Shown: positions 8,844 through 19,812 of the stretch, one piece after another
Layout of the letters: each line of letters starts with the position of its first letter
Position numbering within the stretch: the first letter of the stretch is position 1
DNA from: Coprobacillaceae bacterium
GTDB taxonomy: Bacteria > Bacillota_I > Bacilli_A > Erysipelotrichales > Coprobacillaceae
DNA: 32,000 bases
Direction of reading: 5' to 3'
NCBI GenBank assembly: GCA_963675515.1
Contig: OY776328.1
Location: forward strand, 2,310,001-2,342,000
Program-made: the position numbers and the translations under genes
The notes under the pieces: generated by a model
Database searches by the model: none
What the model was told of the DNA's origin: nothing
Seen by the model: the letters and a program-made list of their open reading frames with translations, nothing else

Positions 8844-10638
8844 TTAATTTATTTCAGTTAAATTACATCTCTTACGCAACATGTTCAGTTTTTTAAGCTG
8901 TGTTTTGTTTAGATTGAACTTTTTCAATAGCGTTTTTTCAGTTTCCTGATTATTACCGTGTATTAGTTTATGTACTTCTTTGTGAATAATGATTAGATTG
9001 TCAAAATTATCGGTTCCACCATCTCCAACGGAAACAATGTGATGACAGTGTATTTCCTCGGCCGTTAGAAACAACTGGGTGATTCCACAACGCCCTTTTT
9101 GCATTGAATACTTTGAGATTGTGTTATCCCGATATTCCACACTTCCGTTTCCAATTGGCAGTTCCAGCAACCTCTTCATAACTGAGGTTACATTATTTTC
9201 TAATCGTTTATAAACTAATTTGCGCCCCTCTTGGGTATAGTTGCATATGTTTTGATTGAAGTTTGTCTTCAATTTCCACTGCGTATCCGCCAGTGGAAAC
9301 AATGAAATGGCTCCAATCGTGAATGTGCGATAGTTATTCTTAAATAACTTCTTATACAACGGTGGGGGACTCCTGGGTACTTCATATTTAGCTATTGGTT
9401 TCAATCGGTTGTACAAGGTCTTGAGCGTCTGATGGTAAACATTTCTAAAATCTATATTTACATGTGTTGCAGCTTCATAATAATTTCTTATCCCCAGTAT
9501 ATATGAATTATAATTGTGGATATTCTTGGAAATTGTATGACGCTGTATCTCGATAACTCTTTTCCTTATTTCCGCTTTGATTTTTATTTTACTTTTCGCC
9601 GATACAAAGGTGTTCACAACGTACTTCTTGCGCTTTGGTACCAGCTTCATTTCAAACCCCAAATAGTCCGACCTACGTTTCCTTAGATTGGTAATCTTTG
9701 ACTTTTCAGGTGAAACATTAAGTTTAAGTTCATTCTTCAGATATTCCTTGACCGCATGATATATCCTTACCGCATTTTTATAACTGCAAGTGAAGACTCG
9801 TGCGTCATCGGCATACCTTACCGCATACATTTCTTTTAGATTGGTTTTCTTGAGTACTCTATACTTATATGGACATTTATAATCAGCATTGAATGTTTCC
9901 CATTGATTGCTTATCCACCAGTCCAGATCGTTCAACACTACGTTTGAAAGTAATGGCGAAAGCACTCCTGCCCTGTGGTGTCCCACAGTGTGGGACACCT
10001 ACTCCTTTGATGGGAGCTTTCAGCATTCTACTTATAATCGTCAGTACCTGATTATCCTTGATGCCGATATTCCAAAGTTGTTTGATTAACTTGGTATGAT
10101 TGACATTGTCAAAGAACGATTCGATATCCAAATCAACAACATAGTGATTGTGCGTCATATTGGCGATATGGCAACATCTTGACAAAGCATTATGGGTTGA
10201 GCGATTGGCTCTAAATCCATATGAATGCTTATGAAACTTCGCTTCGCAGATTGGTTCAAGTATCTGTTTGAACATCTGTTGAATCAGTCTGTCATGCATC
10301 GTTGGTATTCCCAATGGTCGTAATTTTCCATTAGGTTTAGGTATTTCTACTCTTCTTACCGTTTTTGGTTTATAGTCCAATAGCGATAGTCTAATATCCT
10401 GAATAAATTTCTCAACGTTTTCTATCTTGTAATCATCAATAGTAAGGCCGTCAGTGCCTTTAGTGTGACTTCCGGTGTTGCTTTTGATGTTTCGATAGGC
10501 GAGGAGTATATTGTTCCTGGATATCACCAGATTATAAAGATCTATCCCGTAAGTATCATTGTTTAAACTCATTTGATACAACCAGTCAAAAGTTTCCTGC
10601 ATACTGTAATATTCGTTGTTTCGTAATCCCGTGCTCAC
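8844..10638 (-). pseudogene. intron-encoded protein (RT, X/maturase, D and HNH endonuclease domains); frame broken by a +1 shift near 9969
   Basis: ORF 10638-9883 carries RT blocks 0-4 (...RPLGIPTMHDRLIQ..., ...GTPQG). ORF 9998-8844 continues with GVLSPLLSNVVLNDLD, YADD, the X domain and the HNH motif (HCHHIVSVGDGGTDNFDNLIIIHKEVHKLIH). Skipping one nucleotide gives a continuous 597-aa protein. Confidence 0.85.
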
Positions 10639-11308
10639 CGATGGATTATTCCTTTCGTTTAGAACAATTGTTTCCCATCATCTTATCAGACCCTGTGAGC
10701 TTCATTTAACTGTAACTGATTTTTAAAGAACCAGACTTGGGGCTATCCCTCCACCATTTTTCGTGGCTTCATCGGTACTGTGCCCCTACTTTCACGAGAA
10801 TAAAAACACTTCGTTTACACTTATAGTTACCGTCCCGATAACAGTCGTTTAATAGACGTTTCTCGCTTACAACGTTCCAAATATTCTAGCTTTACATTTA
10901 TCCTTAGGTTCCTGCTATGAGCCTGATGAATTATACCCTCATTGTCGAGTATCTCGAATTTCATATCAACGATTCTTACTTTTCGATATTCATCGTTGCG
11001 CACGCAACATGCCACCTTTCAATAGCACGACTTTCTAGACCCGTACATTCGCAGTTTCGTCAGTCCTTACACGGACATTCTCACCATAGATAATTTATAG
11101 CGTCCCGGCCTATCCTTTACCATATGATATATCACTTAGGTATTGTTCAGCCGACTTCACCTAGCTTCACACATAATTTTACTGTTATAACCTCATGCGT
11201 GTAGGAGTATCAGACTACTTGTTTCAGGCTAACATGACAGCCATCATTCCAAGTATTGAATATTCAGTTGTGATTTTCCTATTGGAAAATCCTCCCATTT
11301 CATGCCTA

Positions 11309-11944
<636 letters not shown>

Positions 11945-11980
11945 CTATCCCGCAAGGGATAATCAAGTCCTATAAGCTAA

Positions 11981-12009
11981 ATTCTAATCCAAGTCATCGC
12001 AAATATCAA
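11981..12009 (-). promoter_or_regulatory. candidate promoter of GH1-A
   Basis: Minus strand reads TTGATA (12009-12004), a 17-nt spacer, then TAGAAT (11986-11981). Confidence 0.4.
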
Positions 12010-12073
12010 TTACCTATAAAACATGGTTGTATATGCCTAAAAGGCATATGCTTTGATTGGCGCTCGGCCATTC

Positions 12074-12100
12074 AAAAAACCGATTCCCATTGGAAACCGG
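12074..12100 (-). terminator. intrinsic terminator downstream of GH1-B
   Basis: Minus strand has CCGGTTTCC-aatg-GGAATCGG followed by T6. Confidence 0.6.
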
Positions 12101-12118
12101 TCAAATTGAATTGATATT

Positions 12119-13471
12119 TTAGAACAGGCTTTCCCCGTTGGTGGCGATAACTTCCTTGAACCACCCGAACGATTTTTTCTTGTAGCGTTTCATGTCCTTG
12201 AGATCCTTGTCATCGCGGTTGACATAGATCATGCCATAACGTTTTCCCATTTCTCCTTGGGAAGAAAGGATATCGATCGGTCCCCACATCAGATAGCCAG
12301 GGCATTCGACTCCATCCTCGATGGCCAATGCGATCTGTCTGATATGGTCGGACATGTAGTTGATCCGCTCATCATCCTGAACCGTACCGTCGACAAGTTC
12401 GTCACGCATTCCAAAACCGTTTTCAACAACCATGATCGGCATCCGGTATTGTTCATAAAGGTCACGCAGGGCAATCCGCAGTCCGACCGGATCGATCTGC
12501 CACCCCCATTCGCTGGCCTTGAGATATGGATTTGTCGCCATCTTGGCGTTGCCTTCCATGGATATGGCCGATTGGCCTTTCGAAGCGACTGTCGAGAAAT
12601 AGTAGCTCAGCGAAAGCATATCGACAGTATTGTTTTTGAACAGTTCCAGGTCTCCCGCTTCCATAACTGGCAGCGTTCCGTTGCGCTTCATCACCGCCAT
12701 GCGGTAGCTCGAATACTCGCCATGGACGAACATGTCGAAGAAATTGTTCGTGACACTCATCTGGTCGCGGGCTTCAAGCTCGTCTTCCGGGTTGCAGGTT
12801 GCCGGATAGATCGGGATGTAGATAACCATCCCCAGGACGATTCCCGCCTTTTCCTTATGGACCTTTTCCACTACTCTGGCGTGGGCGACGAATGTGTTGT
12901 GGACCAGCTGGTTGACAAACAATTCCTCATTCATACCTTCAGGGCAGATTGCCCCATAAGGAACTTTCGGGCTGCCGTAGATCCCGATCGCATTTTGCTC
13001 ATTGAAAGAAATCCATTTATTGACCTTGCCACCGAATTCCTCGATCATCCGGTTGGCATATTTCGTAAACATATCGATGACTTCCCGCGAATAAAAACCG
13101 TTGTATTTTTCCATCAGGCATTGGGGCATCTCGAAGTGGTACAGCGAGCACATCGGCTCCATGCCATAGGCAATCATCGCATCGATGAACCGGTGGTAGA
13201 ATTCGATTCCGCTTTTAGAGAAATTGACACCATCAGGCATCACCCTTGACCAGTCGATGGAAAAACGGTAGCTGGTGAATCCCATCTCCTTGAACAGGGC
13301 GAAATCCTCTTCATAGCGATGGTAGCTGTCAATCCCGTCCTTGAAATCGGAATGCTCCGGCTTGGGGAACAAGTCGCAAACTGCCGGCGATTTGCCATCC
13401 AACTCATAAGCACCTTCACTTTGATGGGCAGTTACCGCACCGCCCCATAAAAATCCATTTGGAAATCTCAT
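12119..13471 (-). CDS. GH1 6-phospho-beta-glucosidase B (intact, 450 aa)
   Basis: MRFPNGFLWGGAVTAHQSEGA...KWISFNEQN (acid/base)...MVVENGFG (nucleophile)...WGPIDILSSQGEMGKRYGMIYV. Confidence 0.95.
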   Translation of the reverse strand: MRFPNGFLWGGAVTAHQSEGAYELDGKSPAVCDLFPKPEHSDFKDGIDSYHRYEEDFALFKEMGFTSYRFSIDWSRVMPDGVNFSKSGIEFYHRFIDAMIAYGMEPMCSLYHFEMPQCLMEKYNGFYSREVIDMFTKYANRMIEEFGGKVNKWISFNEQNAIGIYGSPKVPYGAICPEGMNEELFVNQLVHNTFVAHARVVEKVHKEKAGIVLGMVIYIPIYPATCNPEDELEARDQMSVTNNFFDMFVHGEYSSYRMAVMKRNGTLPVMEAGDLELFKNNTVDMLSLSYYFSTVASKGQSAISMEGNAKMATNPYLKASEWGWQIDPVGLRIALRDLYEQYRMPIMVVENGFGMRDELVDGTVQDDERINYMSDHIRQIALAIEDGVECPGYLMWGPIDILSSQGEMGKRYGMIYVNRDDKDLKDMKRYKKKSFGWFKEVIATNGESLF

Positions 13472-13497
13472 TAATAAATCCTCCTTGTGATACGTTC

Positions 13498-13526
13498 AAT
13501 ATAGCACAGCGTATTTTCCACCTCAA
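13498..13526 (-). promoter_or_regulatory. candidate promoter of GH1-B
   Basis: Minus strand reads TTGAGG (13526-13521), a 17-nt spacer, then TGcTATATT (-10 at 13503-13498). Confidence 0.45.
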
Positions 13527-13832
13527 TATTACAGGCCTATTTAGGTTTTAAGTTTCATATTTAATCAAATAATTATTGAAATTCTGAAACAAAGTTTCCC
13601 AACGATTTTATCCGTTCCAATCCACAAGAAATACAAATGTCAATGAACATCATTACTACCTTATTGGGCAGCTTCAATTACCAGAAGCGGATTTATGCAT
13701 CTGATTGCCTAAAGATGTACAGGCATTGTTGATTGAAATCAGCTTGAGCCCACGATTAGGTTGCCGAATCCAAAAATGCTTTTCATGGTGCTGCGGCATG
13801 GTTTTCTCTTATAGGTCCGGAACCGGCCCCAT

Positions 13833-14078
13833 CTACTCGGTTGGGAGTAATTCCTTTTGCCAATCAGACGGGCCCTCATCTAGCGCCAGATATTTGATCC
13901 AGTAATCCCCTGTCTGGCGATCAAATATGATTATGTTTACCCCATGCGACTCTATTTCGTACCGTAGTTCATCGCTCTTTGAATTTTGATATGTATTCAA
14001 ACCGAAAAGCAATAAAGACCCCAGACAAAACAACACAACAAATACTGATCCAAAAAACATCACAACCGATTTTTTCAT
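13833..14078 (-). CDS. small hypothetical protein with an N-terminal membrane anchor (81 aa)
   Basis: Start chosen at MKKSVVMFFGSVFVVLFCLGSLLLF (ATG 14078, GAGGGG RBS). The ORF-track start at 14135 has no RBS. Confidence 0.45.
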   Translation of the reverse strand: MKKSVVMFFGSVFVVLFCLGSLLLFGLNTYQNSKSDELRYEIESHGVNIIIFDRQTGDYWIKYLALDEGPSDWQKELLPTE

Positions 14079-14632
14079 AGTACCCCTCTTCAAAAAAATG
14101 ATTCCATCAATGGTAATCTTGACAGCAAAAACCAATTTGGACTTATTTAAAATTCGCCAAAGATCTTATCTGGTCAGCTCCCGACAAGACTACAAAACAA
14201 TTAAAAAAGATCAAATGATAACCAAGTCAAGGTCAGGCACCGCCCACAAAATAACCGCATTACCAAGATTACATGTGGATTCAACCGCAAGAACAATGAC
14301 AAGTTACCAATGAATCGAGTTTATTGTAACACATAATTACATTTATATCAATTAACTGAAACATGACTGCTTTTTGACCTGTATTGGCATTCGGATTATT
14401 GACAACGACTAGATCAGCGGTTTCATGATCGTTAAATGACTCGCTATAGCTCAATTAATGCGCGATTTCACAGCTACTGATGATATGCATATAAACCAAA
14501 TGGCATCCATGGTTTCTTTCAGCCACTGGAATCACATATGTCGTAACCCCTTATCGATTCTTTCTTGGCAAAAACGGTATGGTCCAAGGTAAATATTTGG
14601 TATAATTGAAGAAGATAAGGGAGGTTGTTTCC

Positions 14633-15391
14633 ATGCACCTGGATGAACTGATGAACAAAAACAGGAATTACCTCAAAGAGAATGATTACCATATTTGGGA
14701 CTACGTGACAAGACACAAGAAGGAATGTGAAACGATTTCCATCAACGAACTGGCAAAGCGATGCAACGTTTCTAGGACGACGATCCTCCGTTTTACCAAG
14801 CGTCTGGGACTCCAGGGATTCTCCCAGTTCAAAGTGTACCTTCAGCTAGACAACCAGGCACCAAGAACAAAAAGCAATCATATGGACACTTTCTATTCGA
14901 GCTACACGAATTACATGGAATACCTGATGGCCAAGGATTTCACAAATCTTATTGAAAGATTGGACTCAAGCGTCGAGATCTATGCCTGTGGCACCGGCAG
15001 CATCCAGTCGAGCGTAACAAGCGAATTGAAACGGACCTTTGTGGGACTTGGCAAGTTCATTTACCAGATCAAACTCTTCGAGGAGATTTCCGTCTATGAA
15101 CAGATCATCAAGCCCGATGATTTCGTATTCATGGTATCCTTTTCCGGTGAGAATGAAAAGATCATCGAGTTTGCTAAAAAGCTCAAGGCCAAGGGTGTCT
15201 ATATGGTCGCCATCACTTGTTCGAAAAGCAACCAGTTAAGCCAGATCTGCGGTGAGGCTTTGATTGTCGAAGTTCCCAAGGCATCTTATGCCAATGGAGT
15301 CAGTCACGAGGGGCTGGTCAACTACTTCCTCCTGATTGATTTTCTGACAGTCAAATATCTCGATCATCTTGAAAACAAAGGAGCCCAGTAA
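14633..15391 (+). CDS. MurR/RpiR-family transcriptional regulator 1 (HTH_6 + SIS)
   Basis: ATG 14633 follows AAGGGAGG. HTH region is ISINELAKRCNVSRTTILRFTKRLGLQGFSQFK, and the SIS region is IYACGTGSIQS...FMVSFSGEN. Confidence 0.85.
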   Translation: MHLDELMNKNRNYLKENDYHIWDYVTRHKKECETISINELAKRCNVSRTTILRFTKRLGLQGFSQFKVYLQLDNQAPRTKSNHMDTFYSSYTNYMEYLMAKDFTNLIERLDSSVEIYACGTGSIQSSVTSELKRTFVGLGKFIYQIKLFEEISVYEQIIKPDDFVFMVSFSGENEKIIEFAKKLKAKGVYMVAITCSKSNQLSQICGEALIVEVPKASYANGVSHEGLVNYFLLIDFLTVKYLDHLENKGAQ

Positions 15392-16146
15392 TGAACCTGC
15401 AAGAATTGATCTACCAGAACTATGACCAGCTCAACGAAGTCGACCTTTATATCTGGCAATACATCTTCCACCATCAGCAGGAATGTCTGGCGACGTCGAT
15501 CCAGCAGCTGGCAAATAAATGCAACGTTTCCACGACGACAATACTGCGTTTCACCAGAAAGATCGGCCTCGATGGCTACAGCGAACTCAAGGTCCTGCTC
15601 AAATGGCAAAAACCAGGTGGCGGCTTCAATGGAGCAGTCATTTCCAAAGTCGCCGATGAACTCAAGGCAACTATCGATTCCATCTCCACCAGGGATCTCG
15701 AAGCAACAGTCGACGCCATCCACCAGGCCAGCCGGGTCCACATCTACCCGACCGGTGATGTCCAGACCCATGTGGCCCAGGAATTCAAAAAGGATTTCAC
15801 CTTCAAAAACAAACTGATGAACGTCATCGAGGGTGGCTCCGAGCTTGATTCCATCCTTAAGACGCTCAAGCCAACCGACCTGTTTATCATAATCTCGTTT
15901 AGCGGCAACAATGCCAGCGCAATCACTCTTGCCAAGCTCCTCAACCGGCTAGGCCAGAAGTCAATCGGAATCGCCATGGACAACGACAACCTCCTGTCCA
16001 AGTACACCACGCACTATGTCGGATTCAATTCAACCCCTTACCAGATATCATTGGACCAGTCCGGTTATTGTCCGACCCATCTGTTTTTGATCGAGTACTT
16101 CATTTATCTAAGATACATCGAATATGTCAGTGACAAAGACCAATAG
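15391..16146 (+). CDS. MurR/RpiR-family transcriptional regulator 2 (HTH_6 + SIS)
   Basis: Its ATG overlaps the stop of regulator 1 (TAATG), with AAAGGAG 7 nt upstream. HTH region is SIQQLANKCNVSTTTILRFTRKIGLDGYSELK, and the SIS region is IYPTGDVQT...FIIISFSGNN. Confidence 0.85.
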   Translation: MNLQELIYQNYDQLNEVDLYIWQYIFHHQQECLATSIQQLANKCNVSTTTILRFTRKIGLDGYSELKVLLKWQKPGGGFNGAVISKVADELKATIDSISTRDLEATVDAIHQASRVHIYPTGDVQTHVAQEFKKDFTFKNKLMNVIEGGSELDSILKTLKPTDLFIIISFSGNNASAITLAKLLNRLGQKSIGIAMDNDNLLSKYTTHYVGFNSTPYQISLDQSGYCPTHLFLIEYFIYLRYIEYVSDKDQ

Positions 16147-16150
16147 AACC

Positions 16151-16191
16151 AAAAAAAATTCCAGACCATATAATGATCTGGAATTTTTTTT
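16151..16191. terminator. bidirectional intrinsic terminator between the convergent RpiR-2 and GH4 genes
   Basis: A8, then AATTCCAGA-11 nt-TCTGGAATT, then T8. Confidence 0.8.
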
Positions 16192-16193
16192 GG

Positions 16194-17543
<1,350 letters not shown>

Positions 17544-18029
17544 CTACATAATTTTAATCGTTACAAACATACATAATAAGTTGACGGCCAGCACCATCAG
17601 GCTGCCTCCCCCAACATGCAACACTTTTGGCAGGGAAAGCTTTAACAGCTGTCCTTTGACATCGAGCCTGTAATCCCTGATTGCCCGGTAAAACACATAC
17701 CCCAGAAGCGACAGATAGAAAAAGTTCAGGCTTGCCAGCTGGGTTATGAGAATCAGTACCATATTGATGAACGCGAACTTGAAATTGCCCTTGTCCAGGT
17801 TCTTTTCAATCAACGACAACAGATAACTGATGTAGGGATTGACCATCGCCATGATGAAAATAACCGCCATCCCGGGATTGCTTTCCAGGATTTCTTGAAT
17901 CGAACTTGCCCCCAGCGATCCCTGAAGACTCAGGTACAGATAGGCCACAAATGGCGTGATCCCGAACAGGATCTTGGCAACCATGAAATATCGGGCCGTT
18001 TTTTTGGCGCTTGAACTTTTTTCTTTCAT
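17544..18029 (-). CDS. uncharacterised polytopic membrane protein (161 aa)
   Basis: Four to five hydrophobic segments, embedded between EIICB and GH4 with 9-nt and 18-nt gaps. No family recognised. Confidence 0.6.
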   Translation of the reverse strand: MKEKSSSAKKTARYFMVAKILFGITPFVAYLYLSLQGSLGASSIQEILESNPGMAVIFIMAMVNPYISYLLSLIEKNLDKGNFKFAFINMVLILITQLASLNFFYLSLLGYVFYRAIRDYRLDVKGQLLKLSLPKVLHVGGGSLMVLAVNLLCMFVTIKIM

Positions 18030-18038
18030 ATCAGTCTC

Positions 18039-19592
18039 CTATTTCAACAATTGTTCGAATTCTTCACGGACCGTCGGAACTTTAAGGCCGATGATTACCT
18101 GAACTGAGTTTTTGGTCACCTTGATGCCATGGGTTCCGATCGATTTGAAGTAATTGTCGTCCTTAACCAGGCTTGCGTCGATGACATTTACCCGAAGTCT
18201 TGTCGCGCAGTTGGTGACATCGACAATATTGTCTTTGCCTCCAAGAGCCTCAAGAACCATATTGCTAAGCGACGTGTCAGTGCCGTTTGATCTAGCCCGG
18301 TACTCGGCTTTGGTGTTGAACTTGATTTCCTGCTCGTCCTCCTCACGACCCGGAGTCGCCAAGTCGAGTTTAAGGATCAGGGTCCTGAACACCACAAAAT
18401 AGATTCCGGTGAAAGCCAGTCCGACAACAAGCAAAGTCAGGTAAGTCGGCCAGTGGCTTTTCATCAGCGGGATGAAATTCAAGGCAGACATCTCGATCAA
18501 TCCGCCTGACAATACTCCGACCACTCCCAGCGCGTTGGCAACCATCGCCAAAGTCGCCGCCAGGATGGCATGGACAACGAAAAGCATCGGAGCGACAAAC
18601 AGGAAGGTGAACTCGATCGGTTCGGTAATCCCTGCCACGATCGCAGTCAATGTGATCGGGATAAGCAGACCGGCGATCTCCTTTTTCTTGCTTTTCTTGG
18701 CTGTCGCATAGAAAGCCAGCGCAATCCCCGGACAACCGAACACCTTAGAAAGACCGGTAAGAGTCGGCCAGGCATAAGGAGCCAGCGATTTCAAAGGAGC
18801 GCTGCTTCCTGCCAGAGCCGGAAGGTTGGTCGCCCAAGTTGAATAGATCCCTCCGTTGACCACGACCGAATCGTAGAAAAACGGAAAATACAACAAGTGA
18901 TGCAGACCGAAGGGGATCAAGATCCGCTCCATGAAGACAAATACCCAGACTCCGATGATTCCCGCATCGGCGATAAGCATCTGGAACGAGCGCATCCCCA
19001 TCTGAACCATCGGCCACAGCCAGGCAGACATGAACGCCACCGGGATCAAAACGAAGAACCCGATCATCACAATGAAGGTCGAACCCGAGAATGTTCCCAG
19101 CCATTCAGGCAGTTCGACTTCGAAGAAACGGTTGTGCAAGAAGATGACGATCCCTGAAATCAACAAGGCACCGACCATTCCCATGTCGAGTGTCTTGATG
19201 CTTGCGATAGTAGTCAGACCGCTGGTCCCTCCGACATCGAGACTGAAATCCACCCCGAAAGCCATTCCCCATTGGCTCAGGATCGTGCTTAAGAAATATT
19301 GGAAAGTAAGATACAGCACCAATGCTTCCATGCAAGCCCGGCCCTGTTGCTTCTTGGCCAGGCCGATCGGCAGACCGACCACAAACAACAGCGGCAACTG
19401 GTTGAATACCGTCCAGCCCCCAGACAAAACCACATTCCAAATTTGAAACCATAAACCCGTTTGGTCGGCCAATGTGCCGACGATTGCCGGGGTCGTGAAT
19501 AATGTCCCAATGCCGATGATTATCCCCGCAAAAGCGAACAACAGCACCGGTGTGAACATCGCCCCACCAAATCTTTGAATCTTTTCCATCAT
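18039..19592 (-). CDS. PTS glucose-family EIICB, alpha-glucoside/maltose type
   Basis: EIIC core (...GLPIGLAKKQ..., ...GITEPIEFTF...) and a C-terminal EIIB with NCATRLRV (phospho-Cys motif). Start taken at ATG 19592, 7 nt after GGAGAG. Confidence 0.9.
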   Translation of the reverse strand: MMEKIQRFGGAMFTPVLLFAFAGIIIGIGTLFTTPAIVGTLADQTGLWFQIWNVVLSGGWTVFNQLPLLFVVGLPIGLAKKQQGRACMEALVLYLTFQYFLSTILSQWGMAFGVDFSLDVGGTSGLTTIASIKTLDMGMVGALLISGIVIFLHNRFFEVELPEWLGTFSGSTFIVMIGFFVLIPVAFMSAWLWPMVQMGMRSFQMLIADAGIIGVWVFVFMERILIPFGLHHLLYFPFFYDSVVVNGGIYSTWATNLPALAGSSAPLKSLAPYAWPTLTGLSKVFGCPGIALAFYATAKKSKKKEIAGLLIPITLTAIVAGITEPIEFTFLFVAPMLFVVHAILAATLAMVANALGVVGVLSGGLIEMSALNFIPLMKSHWPTYLTLLVVGLAFTGIYFVVFRTLILKLDLATPGREEDEQEIKFNTKAEYRARSNGTDTSLSNMVLEALGGKDNIVDVTNCATRLRVNVIDASLVKDDNYFKSIGTHGIKVTKNSVQVIIGLKVPTVREEFEQLLK

Positions 19593-19627
19593 CAAATTTC
19601 TCTCCTTTTCAAAAAGATTACAGGCAT

Positions 19628-19656
19628 ATCATAACCGCTTTCACGCGCCGTGACAA
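19628..19656 (-). promoter_or_regulatory. candidate promoter of the EIICB-membrane protein-GH4 operon, with a cre-like element in the spacer
   Basis: Minus strand reads TTGTCA (19656-19651), a 17-nt spacer, then TATGAT (19633-19628). The spacer contains GTGAAAGCGGTTAT (19644-19631), an imperfect match to the CcpA cre consensus. Confidence 0.4.
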
Positions 19657-19749
19657 GGTATCTAAGAGATATAGGAATCAGGGCGCTTAGCTTATCATTT
19701 GTTACTTCAACCGTGAATAATCACGGGCATCAAACAAGCTGTTTAACCG

Positions 19750-19774
19750 CAAAAAAACACGGCAATTGCCGTGT
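19750..19774 (-). terminator. intrinsic terminator downstream of the MGMT-like gene
   Basis: Perfect palindrome ACACGGCAATTGCCGTGT (19757-19774), followed on the minus strand by T7. Confidence 0.8.
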
Positions 19775-19812
19775 TGATTGAATCATAATTTCGTGAACGT
19801 GTTCCAGGAAGA

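Noticed and set aside
8844-10638. Reading the 251-aa and 384-aa ORFs as two separate genes
   Set aside because: Together they form one collinear RT/X/HNH protein that splits in the middle of conserved RT block 4. The GTG at 9998 has an SD only 3 nt away and lies inside the palindrome. A single disrupted or recoded gene is the better interpretation.
10827-11015. 62-aa ORF inside the intron (and its twin at 30322-30510)
   Set aside because: It lies within ribozyme domain I, upstream of the IEP. It has no RBS and differs between the copies by a non-synonymous change, so it is most likely non-coding ribozyme sequence.
11227-11233. GUUAGCC as an EBS2 candidate pairing with exon GGCTGAC
   Set aside because: It forms the 3' arm of a local hairpin (GGCU-gucauguu-AGCC) only about 100 nt into the intron, which is the wrong context for EBS2.
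12031-12049. ATATGCCT-aaa-AGGCATAT palindrome upstream of the GH1-A promoter, as a defined operator
   Set aside because: It is a real 8-bp inverted repeat roughly 60-65 bp upstream of the inferred transcription start. It does not recur upstream of GH1-B or GH1-C, and I cannot tie it to a regulator, so the evidence is too thin for a finding.
12257-13249. 330-aa plus-strand ORF
   Set aside because: It lies entirely antisense to the intact GH1-B gene. This is a typical shadow ORF with no recognisable motif.
18154-19510. A cluster of 73-138-aa ORFs in alternative frames on both strands
   Set aside because: All lie inside the EIICB gene, whose own frame has clear PTS motifs. Their translations are Arg/Ser/Pro-rich noise.
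19631-19644. Calling GTGAAAGCGGTTAT a definite CcpA cre site
   Set aside because: It matches the central TGAAAGCG core but lacks the 3' ...CA half of the consensus. It is kept only as 'cre-like' within the promoter feature.
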